Below, piece by piece: positions 46,059 to 56,254 of a stretch of DNA of 64,000 nucleotides. The notes under the pieces are model-generated. The model saw only the letters and a list, made by a program, of their open reading frames with translations. It was not told the DNA's origin and searched no databases. The DNA lies in assembly GCA_965237675.1 (NCBI GenBank), contig OZ250150.1:736001-800000 (forward strand), written 5' to 3'. Source of the stretch: Candidatus Latescibacterota bacterium. GTDB lineage: Bacteria > Latescibacterota > UBA2968 > GCA-2709665. Within the stretch, counting starts at the first letter, position 1; each line of letters opens with the position of its first letter. The position numbers were made by a program, and so were the translations under genes.

Positions 46059-49000
46059 ATGAAGACCGGTCGCACTTTACATGCGGAGGATGCGGTCCGC
46101 CGGATGAGGGACCACGTGGAGCGGTTTCCGGCTGCGAAGAAGATCGCGAATGAGATTGTCGACCGTGCGGAGGTCTGGGCGGAACTGGATGATGCCTTTG
46201 TTCGCGACCTGCCGCCCCCGGCGGACATATTTCGGGGGTTTCTGCCGTCGTTTGGCGGGTGTCCGGTTCACGGCGAGGCGGTTTTCCAGGCGCCGGGCGG
46301 GCCCTGGCAGGCGGATGTCTTCAACCGTCCGTGGAAAATAAAATGTTCCGTGGGCGGCGAGGAGTATCCTTCGAACGACTTTATGGCGTTTCACAGAACC
46401 GGAGACCGGTCCTTGCTTTCCGGCGACTATGCGGACGACGGGCTGGGGTGGGATCCTGGAGACGGACGACCCCGGTTCTGGTTCGTGGCGCACTACTGTT
46501 ACCGTCTATGGCACCGGTTGATTCCGGCGCTTCAGGATCTCGGGCGGGCGTACCTGATAACCGGAGACGCACGGTACGGCCGTAAGGGGGCAATCCTGCT
46601 GGACAGGATGGCCACGCTGTTTCCGACCATGGACCATGCCGCGCAGTCCTGGTACGGCCTGAACTATCAGAAGGGATATACGGGGCGTTTTCTGTACGCC
46701 GTTCAGGAGTCGTTTAATATCGGACTCTATGCCGAAGCGTACGACAATCTGTATCCGGCATTGCAGTCCGACAGTGAAGTGCATGCGTTTCTGGACAAGG
46801 AACCCGAAGCGTTGGTCCGGCACGTGGAAGACAATCTGGTGCGGCAGTCGGTGCGGGATATCTGGGAGGGCAAGATCCGGGGGAACTACGGGCTGCACCA
46901 GGCCTCGGCGGTGAAGGCGCTGGCGGTACTCGACGACGAGGCATTTACGGATTGGGCGATAAATAAACTCCAGGGGTACACGGGATGCGGACCCAACACG
47001 GAGGTATGGGCATACGGCGTGGAGGGATGGGATCACGCGCTGGACAATTTCCTGTTCCGAGACGGGGTGTCGTTCGAGGTGGCCATCGGGTACTCGGCGG
47101 GCTGCTGGACGCGGTATATGCTGGATACGGACCTGGTACTGAAACGGCTGGGCAAACGCCGGCTGCCGGGCGAACACGTGCGTTCGCTGGGAAGCTGGTC
47201 CCGAAGACTGGCATGCTGGGACGGAAAGTTGCCGGCAATCGCGGATACGGGCGCGGAGGTAACCTATCCTCAGTTGGACCTCTCATCGCTGCAGCGGTTC
47301 TTCAGGGGTTACGGATGGCCGGAGTACGCCCGTGCACTTTTGAACGAGGGCGTGACGGACGAAAACGGGTTCAGGAGTTACGACGATCTGTTCGAAGTAC
47401 CGCTGGCGAAAGCCGAACTGGAACGCGCCGCCGCGAAACTCCCGAAATGGCCCGAGGAAAGCGATAACCTGGGTGGGGTGGGATTTGTGATTCTGCGCAG
47501 CGGACGTGCGGAGAACCAGTTGGCGGCGGTGCTTCAGTACGGCCACGCCAACGCCGGCCACGCGCATCGGGACCGGTTGAACCTGGAGGTCATCGCGGGC
47601 GGCAAGAGGGTTGTGCCCGATACGGGCTATCCCACCCACGCCGCCGAACATCCGGACCCGCCGGCCTGGGAAAAGAATACCGTCAGCCACGTCACCGTGG
47701 TCGTGAACGAGAGCCGGCAGGATACGGCGGACGAAGGCCGCCTGGAACGGTTCGGAGCAACCCCTCGTGTGCAGCACGTGGAACTGTCGGCGCCGAGGGC
47801 CTACCTGGATGCCGACGTGTATCGACGCGGGGTGACGCTGTTGAACCTGGCGCCGGACCTGCAGATCCTGGTGGACCTTTTCCGCGTAAATGGCGGATGG
47901 GCGCACGACTATTCGTTTCATGGGTTCGATGGGACGTTCTCAACCTCGGGCGTCTCGTTTCAAGCGCAGAAGGGCGGCACCTTGGCGGGCCCGGACGTCC
48001 CGTTTCGAAAGCTTTACGACGATCCCGAACTGGAACGTCACGCCGCGATGCCGGGCCTGCCGGGGACAAAAAGCAAGCGCAGCTACCACTCGTACCGGGG
48101 CAGCGGCTTTTCCTACCTGTACGACGTGCATCGCGGGCAACCGTCGGGTGAATTCCGGGCCGAGTGGCGGGATGAGGAGATGGGATTGCGGATGATTGTG
48201 CCGGATGGGGTCGCTCAGGAGGTCGTTACGACCCATGGAAAACCGCCGGTCAGGCCGGGTGCGGCCGAACACCTGGACTATGTTCTGCTGCGGAATCGCG
48301 GAGACCGAGAACGAGGCGGCCTGAACAGTCTGTTCGCCGTTGTCTGCGAGGCGTATCGGAAAACCCCCAAGTTGACGGGTGTGAGGCGCCTGGACCTGGT
48401 CGCAGGCGAGGACGCAATCGGTTTGGAAATCTCCTGGAAGGGTGGAAAATGTTATCTGCTAAGCGGGTTGGAGGACGAGGGGAAATCCGTGTTCGAGGAC
48501 GGCATTGAACTGGACGGCGGTCTCGGGGTGCTGGCCCTCGACGCGAAGGGCCGTCCGTCATGGGCGTGTTTATCGGGAAAGAGGCTGGGAGCCGGCAACG
48601 TCGATGTCAAGGGCGCGGGCACCTGGCGAGGGCGGATTGCCGGAATGGACGCCGGGAACTGCCGGGTGACGGTAACGTCGGACGCCGGAGGCGCGCCCAG
48701 TGCGGGCGAGACGCTGATGGTGTCGAACCCACCCCACGCATGCAATTTCCCGGTGAGGTCGGTGGAGCCGGCGGGTGACAGTTGGTTGTGCACTCTGGAT
48801 GCGGAGCGGCTGCACATCGGGCGATTTGTGGTGGAGGCGGAAACCGACGACGGATTGCTGACGCGGACGTGGATTCACAGGGAGTGGGAGGATACGGAGG
48901 ACTCGGGATGTCACTATTTGAAGGGAGCTCGTTTGGCCTACAAGGGGCGGCTCCACACCATCGAGCGGGTGATACCGCGAGAGGAGGGCGGACACCGGCT

Positions 49001-49115
49001 GGTGCTTCGGGACGCAATTCCGTGGCCCGACGCGCCGGACGACATGCCGGTGATCTACGACCTGGGGCCGGGGGATTCGTGCGTTGTGCGGCCGATGGTG
49101 CTCGTGGAACTTTGA
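46059..49115 (+). CDS. Heparinase II/III-like polysaccharide lyase
   Basis: GRAYLITGDARY, GNYGLH, DGVSFE...GYS, GHAHRDRLNL, DTGYP, TVSHVTVVVN, DLFRVNGG..HDYSFHG; AAAGGA RBS. Confidence 0.85.
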   Translation: MKTGRTLHAEDAVRRMRDHVERFPAAKKIANEIVDRAEVWAELDDAFVRDLPPPADIFRGFLPSFGGCPVHGEAVFQAPGGPWQADVFNRPWKIKCSVGGEEYPSNDFMAFHRTGDRSLLSGDYADDGLGWDPGDGRPRFWFVAHYCYRLWHRLIPALQDLGRAYLITGDARYGRKGAILLDRMATLFPTMDHAAQSWYGLNYQKGYTGRFLYAVQESFNIGLYAEAYDNLYPALQSDSEVHAFLDKEPEALVRHVEDNLVRQSVRDIWEGKIRGNYGLHQASAVKALAVLDDEAFTDWAINKLQGYTGCGPNTEVWAYGVEGWDHALDNFLFRDGVSFEVAIGYSAGCWTRYMLDTDLVLKRLGKRRLPGEHVRSLGSWSRRLACWDGKLPAIADTGAEVTYPQLDLSSLQRFFRGYGWPEYARALLNEGVTDENGFRSYDDLFEVPLAKAELERAAAKLPKWPEESDNLGGVGFVILRSGRAENQLAAVLQYGHANAGHAHRDRLNLEVIAGGKRVVPDTGYPTHAAEHPDPPAWEKNTVSHVTVVVNESRQDTADEGRLERFGATPRVQHVELSAPRAYLDADVYRRGVTLLNLAPDLQILVDLFRVNGGWAHDYSFHGFDGTFSTSGVSFQAQKGGTLAGPDVPFRKLYDDPELERHAAMPGLPGTKSKRSYHSYRGSGFSYLYDVHRGQPSGEFRAEWRDEEMGLRMIVPDGVAQEVVTTHGKPPVRPGAAEHLDYVLLRNRGDRERGGLNSLFAVVCEAYRKTPKLTGVRRLDLVAGEDAIGLEISWKGGKCYLLSGLEDEGKSVFEDGIELDGGLGVLALDAKGRPSWACLSGKRLGAGNVDVKGAGTWRGRIAGMDAGNCRVTVTSDAGGAPSAGETLMVSNPPHACNFPVRSVEPAGDSWLCTLDAERLHIGRFVVEAETDDGLLTRTWIHREWEDTEDSGCHYLKGARLAYKGRLHTIERVIPREEGGHRLVLRDAIPWPDAPDDMPVIYDLGPGDSCVVRPMVLVEL

Positions 49116-49125
49116 TGGCAGCGAA

Positions 49126-49241
49126 CTAATGTCCCGTCCCAGAAATATGTCACCATTCTTCCAACGATTCATCCCGTCTGACTGCGTTGCCTTCGCTCGT
49201 CGGCCGAATTTAGGCAATCTATTTCCGGGACAGAACACTGG
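49126..49241. repeat. MITE-like element with imperfect terminal inverted repeats
   Basis: CTAATGTCCCGTCCCAGAAATA (49126-49147) versus the reverse complement of 49220-49241 (CCAGTGTTCTGTCCCGGAAATA): 17/22 identical. Confidence 0.55.
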
Positions 49242-49311
49242 CTGAGGTTCGAAGTCCCTTTACCCGTTCATTTGAAACGACACAAAGACTTAGAGTTAAG
49301 GAGGGAAGCAG

Positions 49312-50346
49312 ATGACGCAGCGCGTGGGTGTGATCGGCCTCGGTATTATGGGCAATAGCGTGACGCAGGTCCTGCACCGGAATCCGCAGGTTGAGTTGGC
49401 GGCATTCTGCACGCTGGACGCCGAAAAGCTCCGCAAGGCACAGGCCGAATTTTCGGTTTCCGGCGGGTATGTGAATTATCACGAGATGCTGGAGAAGGAA
49501 ACGCTGGACATGGTCTACATCGCCACGCCGGACTGGGCCCACCGCGATCCGGTCATTGCCTGTCTGGAGGCGGGTTGTCACGTGCACGTGGAGAAACCGA
49601 TGACAACGGACCTGAGCGAGGCCACTGAAATCGTGGAGAAAGTGAAGAGCACCGGACTCAAGCTTCAGGTCTCGTATAACCACCGGTGGCTGGCGCCTTA
49701 CAATGCCACGTGGAATATGATCCGGGAGGGAGATATCGGCAAACCGCTGATGGGTTATGCGCGAAAAAACAATCCCATTTCCGTGCCGACGGAGATGCTG
49801 CCGTGGTCAGCGCGGTCTTCTCCCGCGTGGTTCCTGTCGGCGCACGATATCGACCTGATGTGCTGGTGGTTCGATCAGAGTCCGGTCGAAGTCCACGGCT
49901 ACGGAATCAAACAGGTGCTCGCGGCCAGGGGCATCGATACGTACGACATGCTGCAGGGGCTCGTGAAGTTCGACGGCGGATCCATCGCCACGTTCGAGTC
50001 GGCCTGGATCTACCCCAATACCCATCCGTCGATGCCGGATTCCTTCATGGAGGTGATCGGCGAGAAGGGCCATGTACACCTGGACCGGAAGGCCGAGGCG
50101 ATTGAGATGAGTACCGAGGAGAAGTTTAAATGGCCGCGGTCACTGCTGAATTACAAGGTGTTCGATAAATGGGTGGGCGCGTTTCCGTCTTGCGTGAACA
50201 GCTTTGTGGATGCCGTCATTGAGGACCGGACGCCTTTCGTGACGGCGTTGGACGGCTGGCGCGCGACGGCGGTACTGGAAGCGTGGCACCAGTCCGCGGA
50301 ACGAGGCGGCATCGTGCGGGTGGCGGATGCACCCGCGTGGCCGTAA
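49312..50346 (+). CDS. Gfo/Idh/MocA-family oxidoreductase
   Basis: GVIGLGIMG, IATPDWAH, HVEKP, HDID; AAGGAGG RBS. Confidence 0.93.
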   Translation: MTQRVGVIGLGIMGNSVTQVLHRNPQVELAAFCTLDAEKLRKAQAEFSVSGGYVNYHEMLEKETLDMVYIATPDWAHRDPVIACLEAGCHVHVEKPMTTDLSEATEIVEKVKSTGLKLQVSYNHRWLAPYNATWNMIREGDIGKPLMGYARKNNPISVPTEMLPWSARSSPAWFLSAHDIDLMCWWFDQSPVEVHGYGIKQVLAARGIDTYDMLQGLVKFDGGSIATFESAWIYPNTHPSMPDSFMEVIGEKGHVHLDRKAEAIEMSTEEKFKWPRSLLNYKVFDKWVGAFPSCVNSFVDAVIEDRTPFVTALDGWRATAVLEAWHQSAERGGIVRVADAPAWP

Positions 50347-50361
50347 AAGGGGATCTGGACG

Positions 50362-51210
50362 ATGTCAAAACCAGAAAAGCGGATCGGGTTTGTGGATTAC
50401 AATCTGGAGAACTTTCATTCCAATGTCTACCTGAAGCTTCTCCGCAATGAACTGAAGCATCGGGGGTTTATCGTCGCCGGTTGTACGGGGATGCGCCCGA
50501 GAGCCGGCAGGACGTGGGCCGAGGCGAACGACGTGCCCTATTTTCCCGATGCGGCCGGGTTGAACGAGGCGGTGGACTATTTCATGGTATTGGCGCCGTC
50601 AACGCCGGAAACGCACCTTGAGCTGTGCAGACAGGTATTTCCATTCGGTAAGCCCACGTACGTGGACAAGACCTTCGCGCCGGACCTGCGAACGGCCAGG
50701 CGAATTTTCGCGCTGGCGGACAGGCATCGGGTGCCCATGCAGACGACATCCGCGTTGCGCTATACCGAGGTGCAGGACTATGTGGAGGAGGTCGGGCGCG
50801 GTCAGGTCCGGCACATGGTAACCTGGGGCGGCGGAAGGTCCTTTGCCGAGTACGCGATCCATCCGCTGGAATTGGCCGTCAGCTGTATGGGGCCAAGCGT
50901 GCACAGGGCCATGCGCCGGGGCGCCGGCAAACAATCCCAGTTGCTGCTGGATTTATCGGGCGGACGCACGGCCGTGGTGAATGTATATACCGGAGCGAGC
51001 ACACCCTACGCGGCTTCCGTGACCACCGCTGCGGCGACACGGCACTTCCAGGTCGACTCCGGTCGCATTTTTCTGAATACCGCGGATGCCGTGCTGGATC
51101 TGTTCGAGCTTGGGGAACCCGGAATCGACAGGAAAGAGACCCTGATCATTCGCAGGATTCTGGATGTCGCCGGACAGAAGCGGGCGCTGTCGGGCTTTGT
51201 GAGACTGTAG
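50362..51210 (+). CDS. Gfo/Idh/MocA-like oxidoreductase (divergent)
   Basis: KPTYVDKTFA, TSALRY, EYAIHPLE. Confidence 0.8.
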   Translation: MSKPEKRIGFVDYNLENFHSNVYLKLLRNELKHRGFIVAGCTGMRPRAGRTWAEANDVPYFPDAAGLNEAVDYFMVLAPSTPETHLELCRQVFPFGKPTYVDKTFAPDLRTARRIFALADRHRVPMQTTSALRYTEVQDYVEEVGRGQVRHMVTWGGGRSFAEYAIHPLELAVSCMGPSVHRAMRRGAGKQSQLLLDLSGGRTAVVNVYTGASTPYAASVTTAAATRHFQVDSGRIFLNTADAVLDLFELGEPGIDRKETLIIRRILDVAGQKRALSGFVRL

Positions 51211-51212
51211 AC

Positions 51213-51630
51213 AAGACGGGGAGAGGGAAGAGGGGAGACGGGAGAAGTGCTGGTAACTATTCCGTATGAGACGCCCCGGAATCAACTCACGCTGTTGTTC
51301 TACGAGAAGTGGATTGCTGAATGCGGCGCGAGACCGGTGGGGTGTGGCGGGGTCCTCTTCCTTCTACCGTCTCACGTCTTCCCGCTCTTGAAAGAAGGGC
51401 GCCGCTCGGCGCGGGGCCGGGGGTAGAGGTCCCCCGCAGCCGTCGTGGATTGGCATCGCCAGGCCGTATCGCAATCCGCTTTTAGCTTTTCGATTTTAGC
51501 TGACAGCTGACCACTGATAGCTGATAGCTCTGTCTGAGGGGGCCGGGGGGAGAGGTCACCGCGCTGACGTCAATTGATTGGGTTTTTGCTTCAAGCTGAT
51601 AGCTGTAAGCTGATGGCTAATAGCTGCTGT
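51213..51630. repeat. Composite intergenic repeat region
   Basis: A purine tract at about 51213-51247 is inverted against 51361-51389. Two GGGGCCGGGGG(T/G)AGAGGTC copies (51413, 51539) are each followed by heptamer (A)GCTGAT-type arrays (51498-51529, 51594-51626). Confidence 0.65.
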
Positions 51631-51685
51631 TGCTGCTTCTCGACGGCTAAAGTCTGGCGATCAATTGCCGGAACAAACAACGGCG

Positions 51686-54400
51686 TCAGTCCCCCTTTAC
51701 GAACCCGGCGGCCCGGAGGAGGGTGACGGCGTCGCAATGGGTGGCGGGGTAGTCGCGTACGGTAATGGACTTCTCCGTAGCGGCTTCGATTTCGTACCCG
51801 GTGTCGTCACATAGCAAATACGTCCCGGGAAGGGTATGGGGGTCGGGCACGGCGTTTCGGACGTGGTAGGTGCGATCGGTGACGTCGGTGACCTCGAGGG
51901 AGATCTCCGCATGTTCGATGGTCAGCGCGTGCCCGTTGCAACGGATTTCGGTACCGCGCAGCAGATAGGCGCGGAGCAGGCGGCCACGGTCATCGACGGA
52001 CGCAAAGGCGAACCGGCCAGTGATCGATAAGGGACCGACCTCATGGGTGCCGCCCTCGGGGGCGGAGAGAATATAGTCTGTACAGCCATGCCGTTCGACC
52101 GCGACCGCCATGGTCCCGTTGGCAGGATCGTCGAGAACCAGGCGAGACGACTGGACGGGCGTACGATCGACGTAGGGAGAAATCACCGAGGCGAACCGGC
52201 TGTTCAGGTGCGTGTCGTCGCTGCGTTCCGCCAGGACCTGCTGGACAGGAGGGGCATTGAGCTCATCGCCCAGGTCCGAGCGCCATCCCGGCGCGTCCAC
52301 GAGAAGAAGACGATGGATGGGGTTGAGCAGCGTGAGGTCCAGTCGCACGTCCTGGTTTTCCCATGTCGCGGTGAATGGCTCCTGAGGCCGGTCGGCGCGG
52401 ATGTTGTCCAGCCACTCGAACGGTTCGTCGACGGGTTTCAGGTCGGCCCCGATAATGCCGGCGAGGCGGCCGTTGCTGTGGAAGCCGTACTGGTGCAGCG
52501 TGCCGCCGTCGATTCGGAAAAAGTCGACAGCGTAGGTCTGATCGCCGGGGATCTGAACCAGGACGCAGGTGCGCCGGTACAGATGGCACTGCCGGTAAGG
52601 CGTTGCCGACGCCTGCACGACTTCCACGCCCGCACCCATGCCGAAGAGTTCCAGCGCTGCCGGTTTATTGCTGCCGATCTGGTTCTGGCCGTCTACGGTG
52701 ACGATGTTGTGGGAAAGCGTGCTGTTGGTCCATGCGTTTCTGGGGTCGTCCCAGATATAACCCCTATCCGCCGCCATCTCCCGTCCATGGGCGATATAGA
52801 TGATCCCCAGGGTGTCGTTGTGGCGATGGCCGCCGTGCGCGTAGCCGTTGAGGTAGAACGCAGTATGGCCTTTCGGGTTTCCGCCGCGAAGAACGGCAAC
52901 GTGCCATCCCGGAAACCATTCCGTACGTTGGGGCAGGTCGGTATCCTCGTCCACTTTCAAATCGGGATCCCGGTGCCAGAGGGCGTATTCTTCCCCTTTT
53001 AGTGACAGTGGCGCACCCTGAGATTTCTCCAGCAGGCCGGCGTAGCGGCTGCCGTAGTGGGCGGCCAGGATCTCGGCGTAGATCGGGTCGATGGTCCGAC
53101 CTTCCCTGGAGTCTCCGATGACGGGCTCCCGAAGGTTCGGATCCAGCATGCGAACCATGCTCTCCAGGGCCAGACGGTAGCGGTCGAAGTGTTGAAAAGG
53201 ATCCAGGTCTTTGAGGGCTGGGCCGGTCTCCGGTTCGTAGCCGTCGGGATCGGCGTATCCGTCGAGAAGTTCCGGTATTTCGCGCAGCAGGTCGAGATGC
53301 ATGGAGGAATAGCTCGGGGATTCCGTGCAGAAGCCATCAAAATGGAAGGCGTCTTCCATGAGCGCTTCAAACGCCTGAATCGCCCGGCGTACGCTCTCCG
53401 GTTTCTTGAAGAGAATGCCCACCGCGGCGCTGAGTGCCCGCCCCGGACCGCATTTGTTGTTGATATCGTTCCAGTTTTCGGTGTCCGCACAACCGGCCAG
53501 GATGAGGTCGTCGACAATGCGCCGCTCCATTTGGGAACTGATGACGGGAGAGCCATCCGGATGCCGCGCCGTTCGGACCAGGTCGTAGGCCAGCGCGACC
53601 CGGAGAATGTATCCGCCATCGGAGCCGCTGCAGCCAAAGCGTCCGGCGCCCCAGAAGCCGTTGTTGAGTACCGCGTGGTTATCCACCCGGTGACGGCCTT
53701 CAAAGGCGGAGATGATGGTTTCAACGGGAAACCGGCCGGCGGGTGGGTATTTGCCCATGGATGCCGCGGCTTCGGCGGGTGGACAATCCGCAACGGTACC
53801 GTCGTAGGAATGGAACAGCCAATTGGGATACCGCCGCGCCATACAGTCCATAATCCACGCGCTCCACTGCGCGTACTGCACGTCGTCGGTGAGTGCGTAC
53901 AACTTGGCGAGAGGAAGCATCTGTTCGAAGCACCAGCGGCTTTTCTTTGAGCGGATGACGCCGGTCCAGCTTGTGTGGACGGGCCATCGGACCCATTTGA
54001 ACGCGTGTTCGCCCGATCTGTCTTCAGGGTGTGCGCGTTCCGCATCGGTGAGATAGAAGGTGAACGTCTGGTTCATCCTGGGTGCGGTGACGCTGCCGGT
54101 CTCGGGATAATCGGCGTTGGGGTACTCGGTTTTGCAGTATCTGCAGATAAGCCGGTCCGGATCGGTCGGGTCCCAGTCGTAGATACCGCATTCGCCCATG
54201 GAGGAGAGACGGTCCACACAGGCTGGGCAGTTCTGGCCGTACTCGGGCCATGGGGTGAGTTCCGGCATCATCGCCTCGACAAAATCCATGTCCCGGCCAG
54301 TGAGGTAGTCGACCTCTTTTTTCCAGTCTTCGACGATGGCCTGCGCCCAGGAATAGCGACGCACGTTCTCTCGTGCGATTTCTACGTTGAGAAGGGGCAT
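51686..54400 (-). CDS. Heparinase II/III-like polysaccharide lyase (paralogue)
   Basis: CPAC...CRYC N-terminus, LYALTDD..YA, DGFCTESPSY, GHRHNDTLG, DRGY, TLSHNIVTVDG, DFFRIDGG..HQYGFH; AAGGAG RBS. Confidence 0.85.
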   Translation of the reverse strand: MPLLNVEIARENVRRYSWAQAIVEDWKKEVDYLTGRDMDFVEAMMPELTPWPEYGQNCPACVDRLSSMGECGIYDWDPTDPDRLICRYCKTEYPNADYPETGSVTAPRMNQTFTFYLTDAERAHPEDRSGEHAFKWVRWPVHTSWTGVIRSKKSRWCFEQMLPLAKLYALTDDVQYAQWSAWIMDCMARRYPNWLFHSYDGTVADCPPAEAAASMGKYPPAGRFPVETIISAFEGRHRVDNHAVLNNGFWGAGRFGCSGSDGGYILRVALAYDLVRTARHPDGSPVISSQMERRIVDDLILAGCADTENWNDINNKCGPGRALSAAVGILFKKPESVRRAIQAFEALMEDAFHFDGFCTESPSYSSMHLDLLREIPELLDGYADPDGYEPETGPALKDLDPFQHFDRYRLALESMVRMLDPNLREPVIGDSREGRTIDPIYAEILAAHYGSRYAGLLEKSQGAPLSLKGEEYALWHRDPDLKVDEDTDLPQRTEWFPGWHVAVLRGGNPKGHTAFYLNGYAHGGHRHNDTLGIIYIAHGREMAADRGYIWDDPRNAWTNSTLSHNIVTVDGQNQIGSNKPAALELFGMGAGVEVVQASATPYRQCHLYRRTCVLVQIPGDQTYAVDFFRIDGGTLHQYGFHSNGRLAGIIGADLKPVDEPFEWLDNIRADRPQEPFTATWENQDVRLDLTLLNPIHRLLLVDAPGWRSDLGDELNAPPVQQVLAERSDDTHLNSRFASVISPYVDRTPVQSSRLVLDDPANGTMAVAVERHGCTDYILSAPEGGTHEVGPLSITGRFAFASVDDRGRLLRAYLLRGTEIRCNGHALTIEHAEISLEVTDVTDRTYHVRNAVPDPHTLPGTYLLCDDTGYEIEAATEKSITVRDYPATHCDAVTLLRAAGFVKGD

Positions 54401-54566
54401 GACAACTCCTTTATTACACGTCAGGACCGAAACACACGGCACGGTGCTGATGGAACCTGGCCTGAAAAATTCATGCAATTGTCACGGTTAGCAGCGTAAT
54501 TCGCGGATCAATCAACTCCACCGCCACAGAATGGATTTTCGAGCCGTTGAGAAAGCGTTTGTGAAG

Positions 54567-54590
54567 GTGGGGCAGACATTCCTGTCTGCC
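54567..54590 (+). repeat. REP-like hairpin
   Basis: GTGG tetranucleotide followed by the perfect hairpin GGCAGACA-TTCC-TGTCTGCC. Confidence 0.65.
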
Positions 54591-54736
54591 GTGCTCATTG
54601 TGCTTCTGCCGGAATGCGAACGGGAGACAGGCTTGCGCCGCCTGCACTTAGCTTGTCGAAGAGATGCCATCCGGGCGACTCGTCGGCCGAATTTTGGTGA
54701 TCTATTTTCGGGACATAACGCACGCGCACGGAACGT

Positions 54737-55951
54737 CTATTTCTCCATGAAAGGGCCGCGCTGTTCGAGGCGTTGCAGCGTCTCTTGAAACGCCTCCGTG
54801 CCGTCGTCCTCCCACACGTCCAGACGGATGCCACGGGTATTGCCTTCCGGGAAGCCGGTGACGCGGGCGACGTTCGGAAATCCCTTCGTATAAAGCCTGT
54901 TTCCGCCCGGCAGGTGCAGGATGCCGATCGTGGTTGGGATAACCGTGGGTTTGTTGGCCGCACATACGGCCAGAGCGTCTTCATCGACCTCGACGCCGAG
55001 GCCGGGGCCCTCCGGTACCGGAGACGAACCGGCCGCCACCTCGATTCGCTGGCTGACAACGTCTTCGTCGTACTGATCGTCCAGGTTGGTGGAATGGGCC
55101 ACGTTCGGAATAACGGCGCCCATATGCAGGGCCATCGCCTTTGTGAGGGTACCGCCCGTGAGCTGGATGACCGACGAGACATTGGCCAGTGCCGCGGCAA
55201 AGCCGCGCACGATAGTGGGGCCGATTCCGCCTTCGCCGATCATATAGGCGTCGGCGCAACCCCGGATGATTTCCTGGCCGCCACCGAGCTGAGGGACGTG
55301 CATCAGCAGAGGAAAGCTGGTCTTCTGCCGCAGCAGGCGCCACCCTTCCACGTCGGACAGAACGAGAGGATCCTCGATCATACCGACCACGGGTGAGCCT
55401 TCCAACTCCTTCAGAATTCTCAGGACGGCCGCAAGCGGCCGATTGTGATTGAAGTCGTAGTGCATCTTGAATCCCGGCGGCGCCACCTCCTCCACCGCCC
55501 GGGTCTGTTCAAAAACGTCATAATAGGCGGACGTATGGATCTTGAAGATCATATATCCCTGGTCAACCGCCCGCACCACCTCCTTGGCCAGGTCTTCCGG
55601 TGACGCAGGGCGGGTCCACGCCGCCACGGGCACCCGGTCGCGTATCTTCTGGCCCATGAGCTTGTACGCGGGAATCTCCAGATGCTTGCCCATGGCGTCG
55701 TACAGAGCGCCCATCAGGCCGGAATTGAGATCGGCGTTGATAAAGTCGAAGGGGTCGCGGCCGACAAGGTGCTCGACAGTGGATCTGTCGGGCGCCTCGC
55801 AGCGCGCGTCGCCGTACCCGACGATGTCGTTGTCCGTTGTAATTTTGAAAACAGTGCGATGGTTCAAGTTGATGAACCGCGCTTTCTGATCGGCGTTCCG
55901 GTCGGCGATTCTCGGATAGATGGGGATGATTTCGATGTCGGTAATTTTCAT
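54737..55951 (-). CDS. Mandelate racemase / muconate lactonizing enzyme (enolase superfamily)
   Basis: MKITDIEI, ALYDAMGK..EIPAYKLMG, FKIH, HYDFN, IEDP, VPEGPGLGVEVDE. Confidence 0.9.
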   Translation of the reverse strand: MKITDIEIIPIYPRIADRNADQKARFINLNHRTVFKITTDNDIVGYGDARCEAPDRSTVEHLVGRDPFDFINADLNSGLMGALYDAMGKHLEIPAYKLMGQKIRDRVPVAAWTRPASPEDLAKEVVRAVDQGYMIFKIHTSAYYDVFEQTRAVEEVAPPGFKMHYDFNHNRPLAAVLRILKELEGSPVVGMIEDPLVLSDVEGWRLLRQKTSFPLLMHVPQLGGGQEIIRGCADAYMIGEGGIGPTIVRGFAAALANVSSVIQLTGGTLTKAMALHMGAVIPNVAHSTNLDDQYDEDVVSQRIEVAAGSSPVPEGPGLGVEVDEDALAVCAANKPTVIPTTIGILHLPGGNRLYTKGFPNVARVTGFPEGNTRGIRLDVWEDDGTEAFQETLQRLEQRGPFMEK

Positions 55952-56254
55952 GATGAATTCCTTAATAACGGGATAACGGGAAGATTACGGCCTGGAATCG
56001 CGGCAATGTCCGTATATCAGGGTTGTCGAACTCCGCTCGTCAGACCTCAGCGGGCCTCGTAATATCGACGCGGGGCAGTATCCTGCGCAAGAGGGATCTT
56101 GACCGGTCCGCCGTGGACCGGATTTGCGCTGTGCGCCTATGCGTGCTATATATCGCCGTGTTACCTTGACAACAAGGATGTTTCGATAATATCACTTGAC
56201 TTCCATCTATTCAAAGACCGACATTTGCTCGATGGAGAGAGGAATCCACATATC

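Noticed and set aside
51400-51630. CRISPR array (also considered for 32220-32466)
   Set aside because: Only two degenerate repeat copies in each case, no regular spacers and no cas genes.
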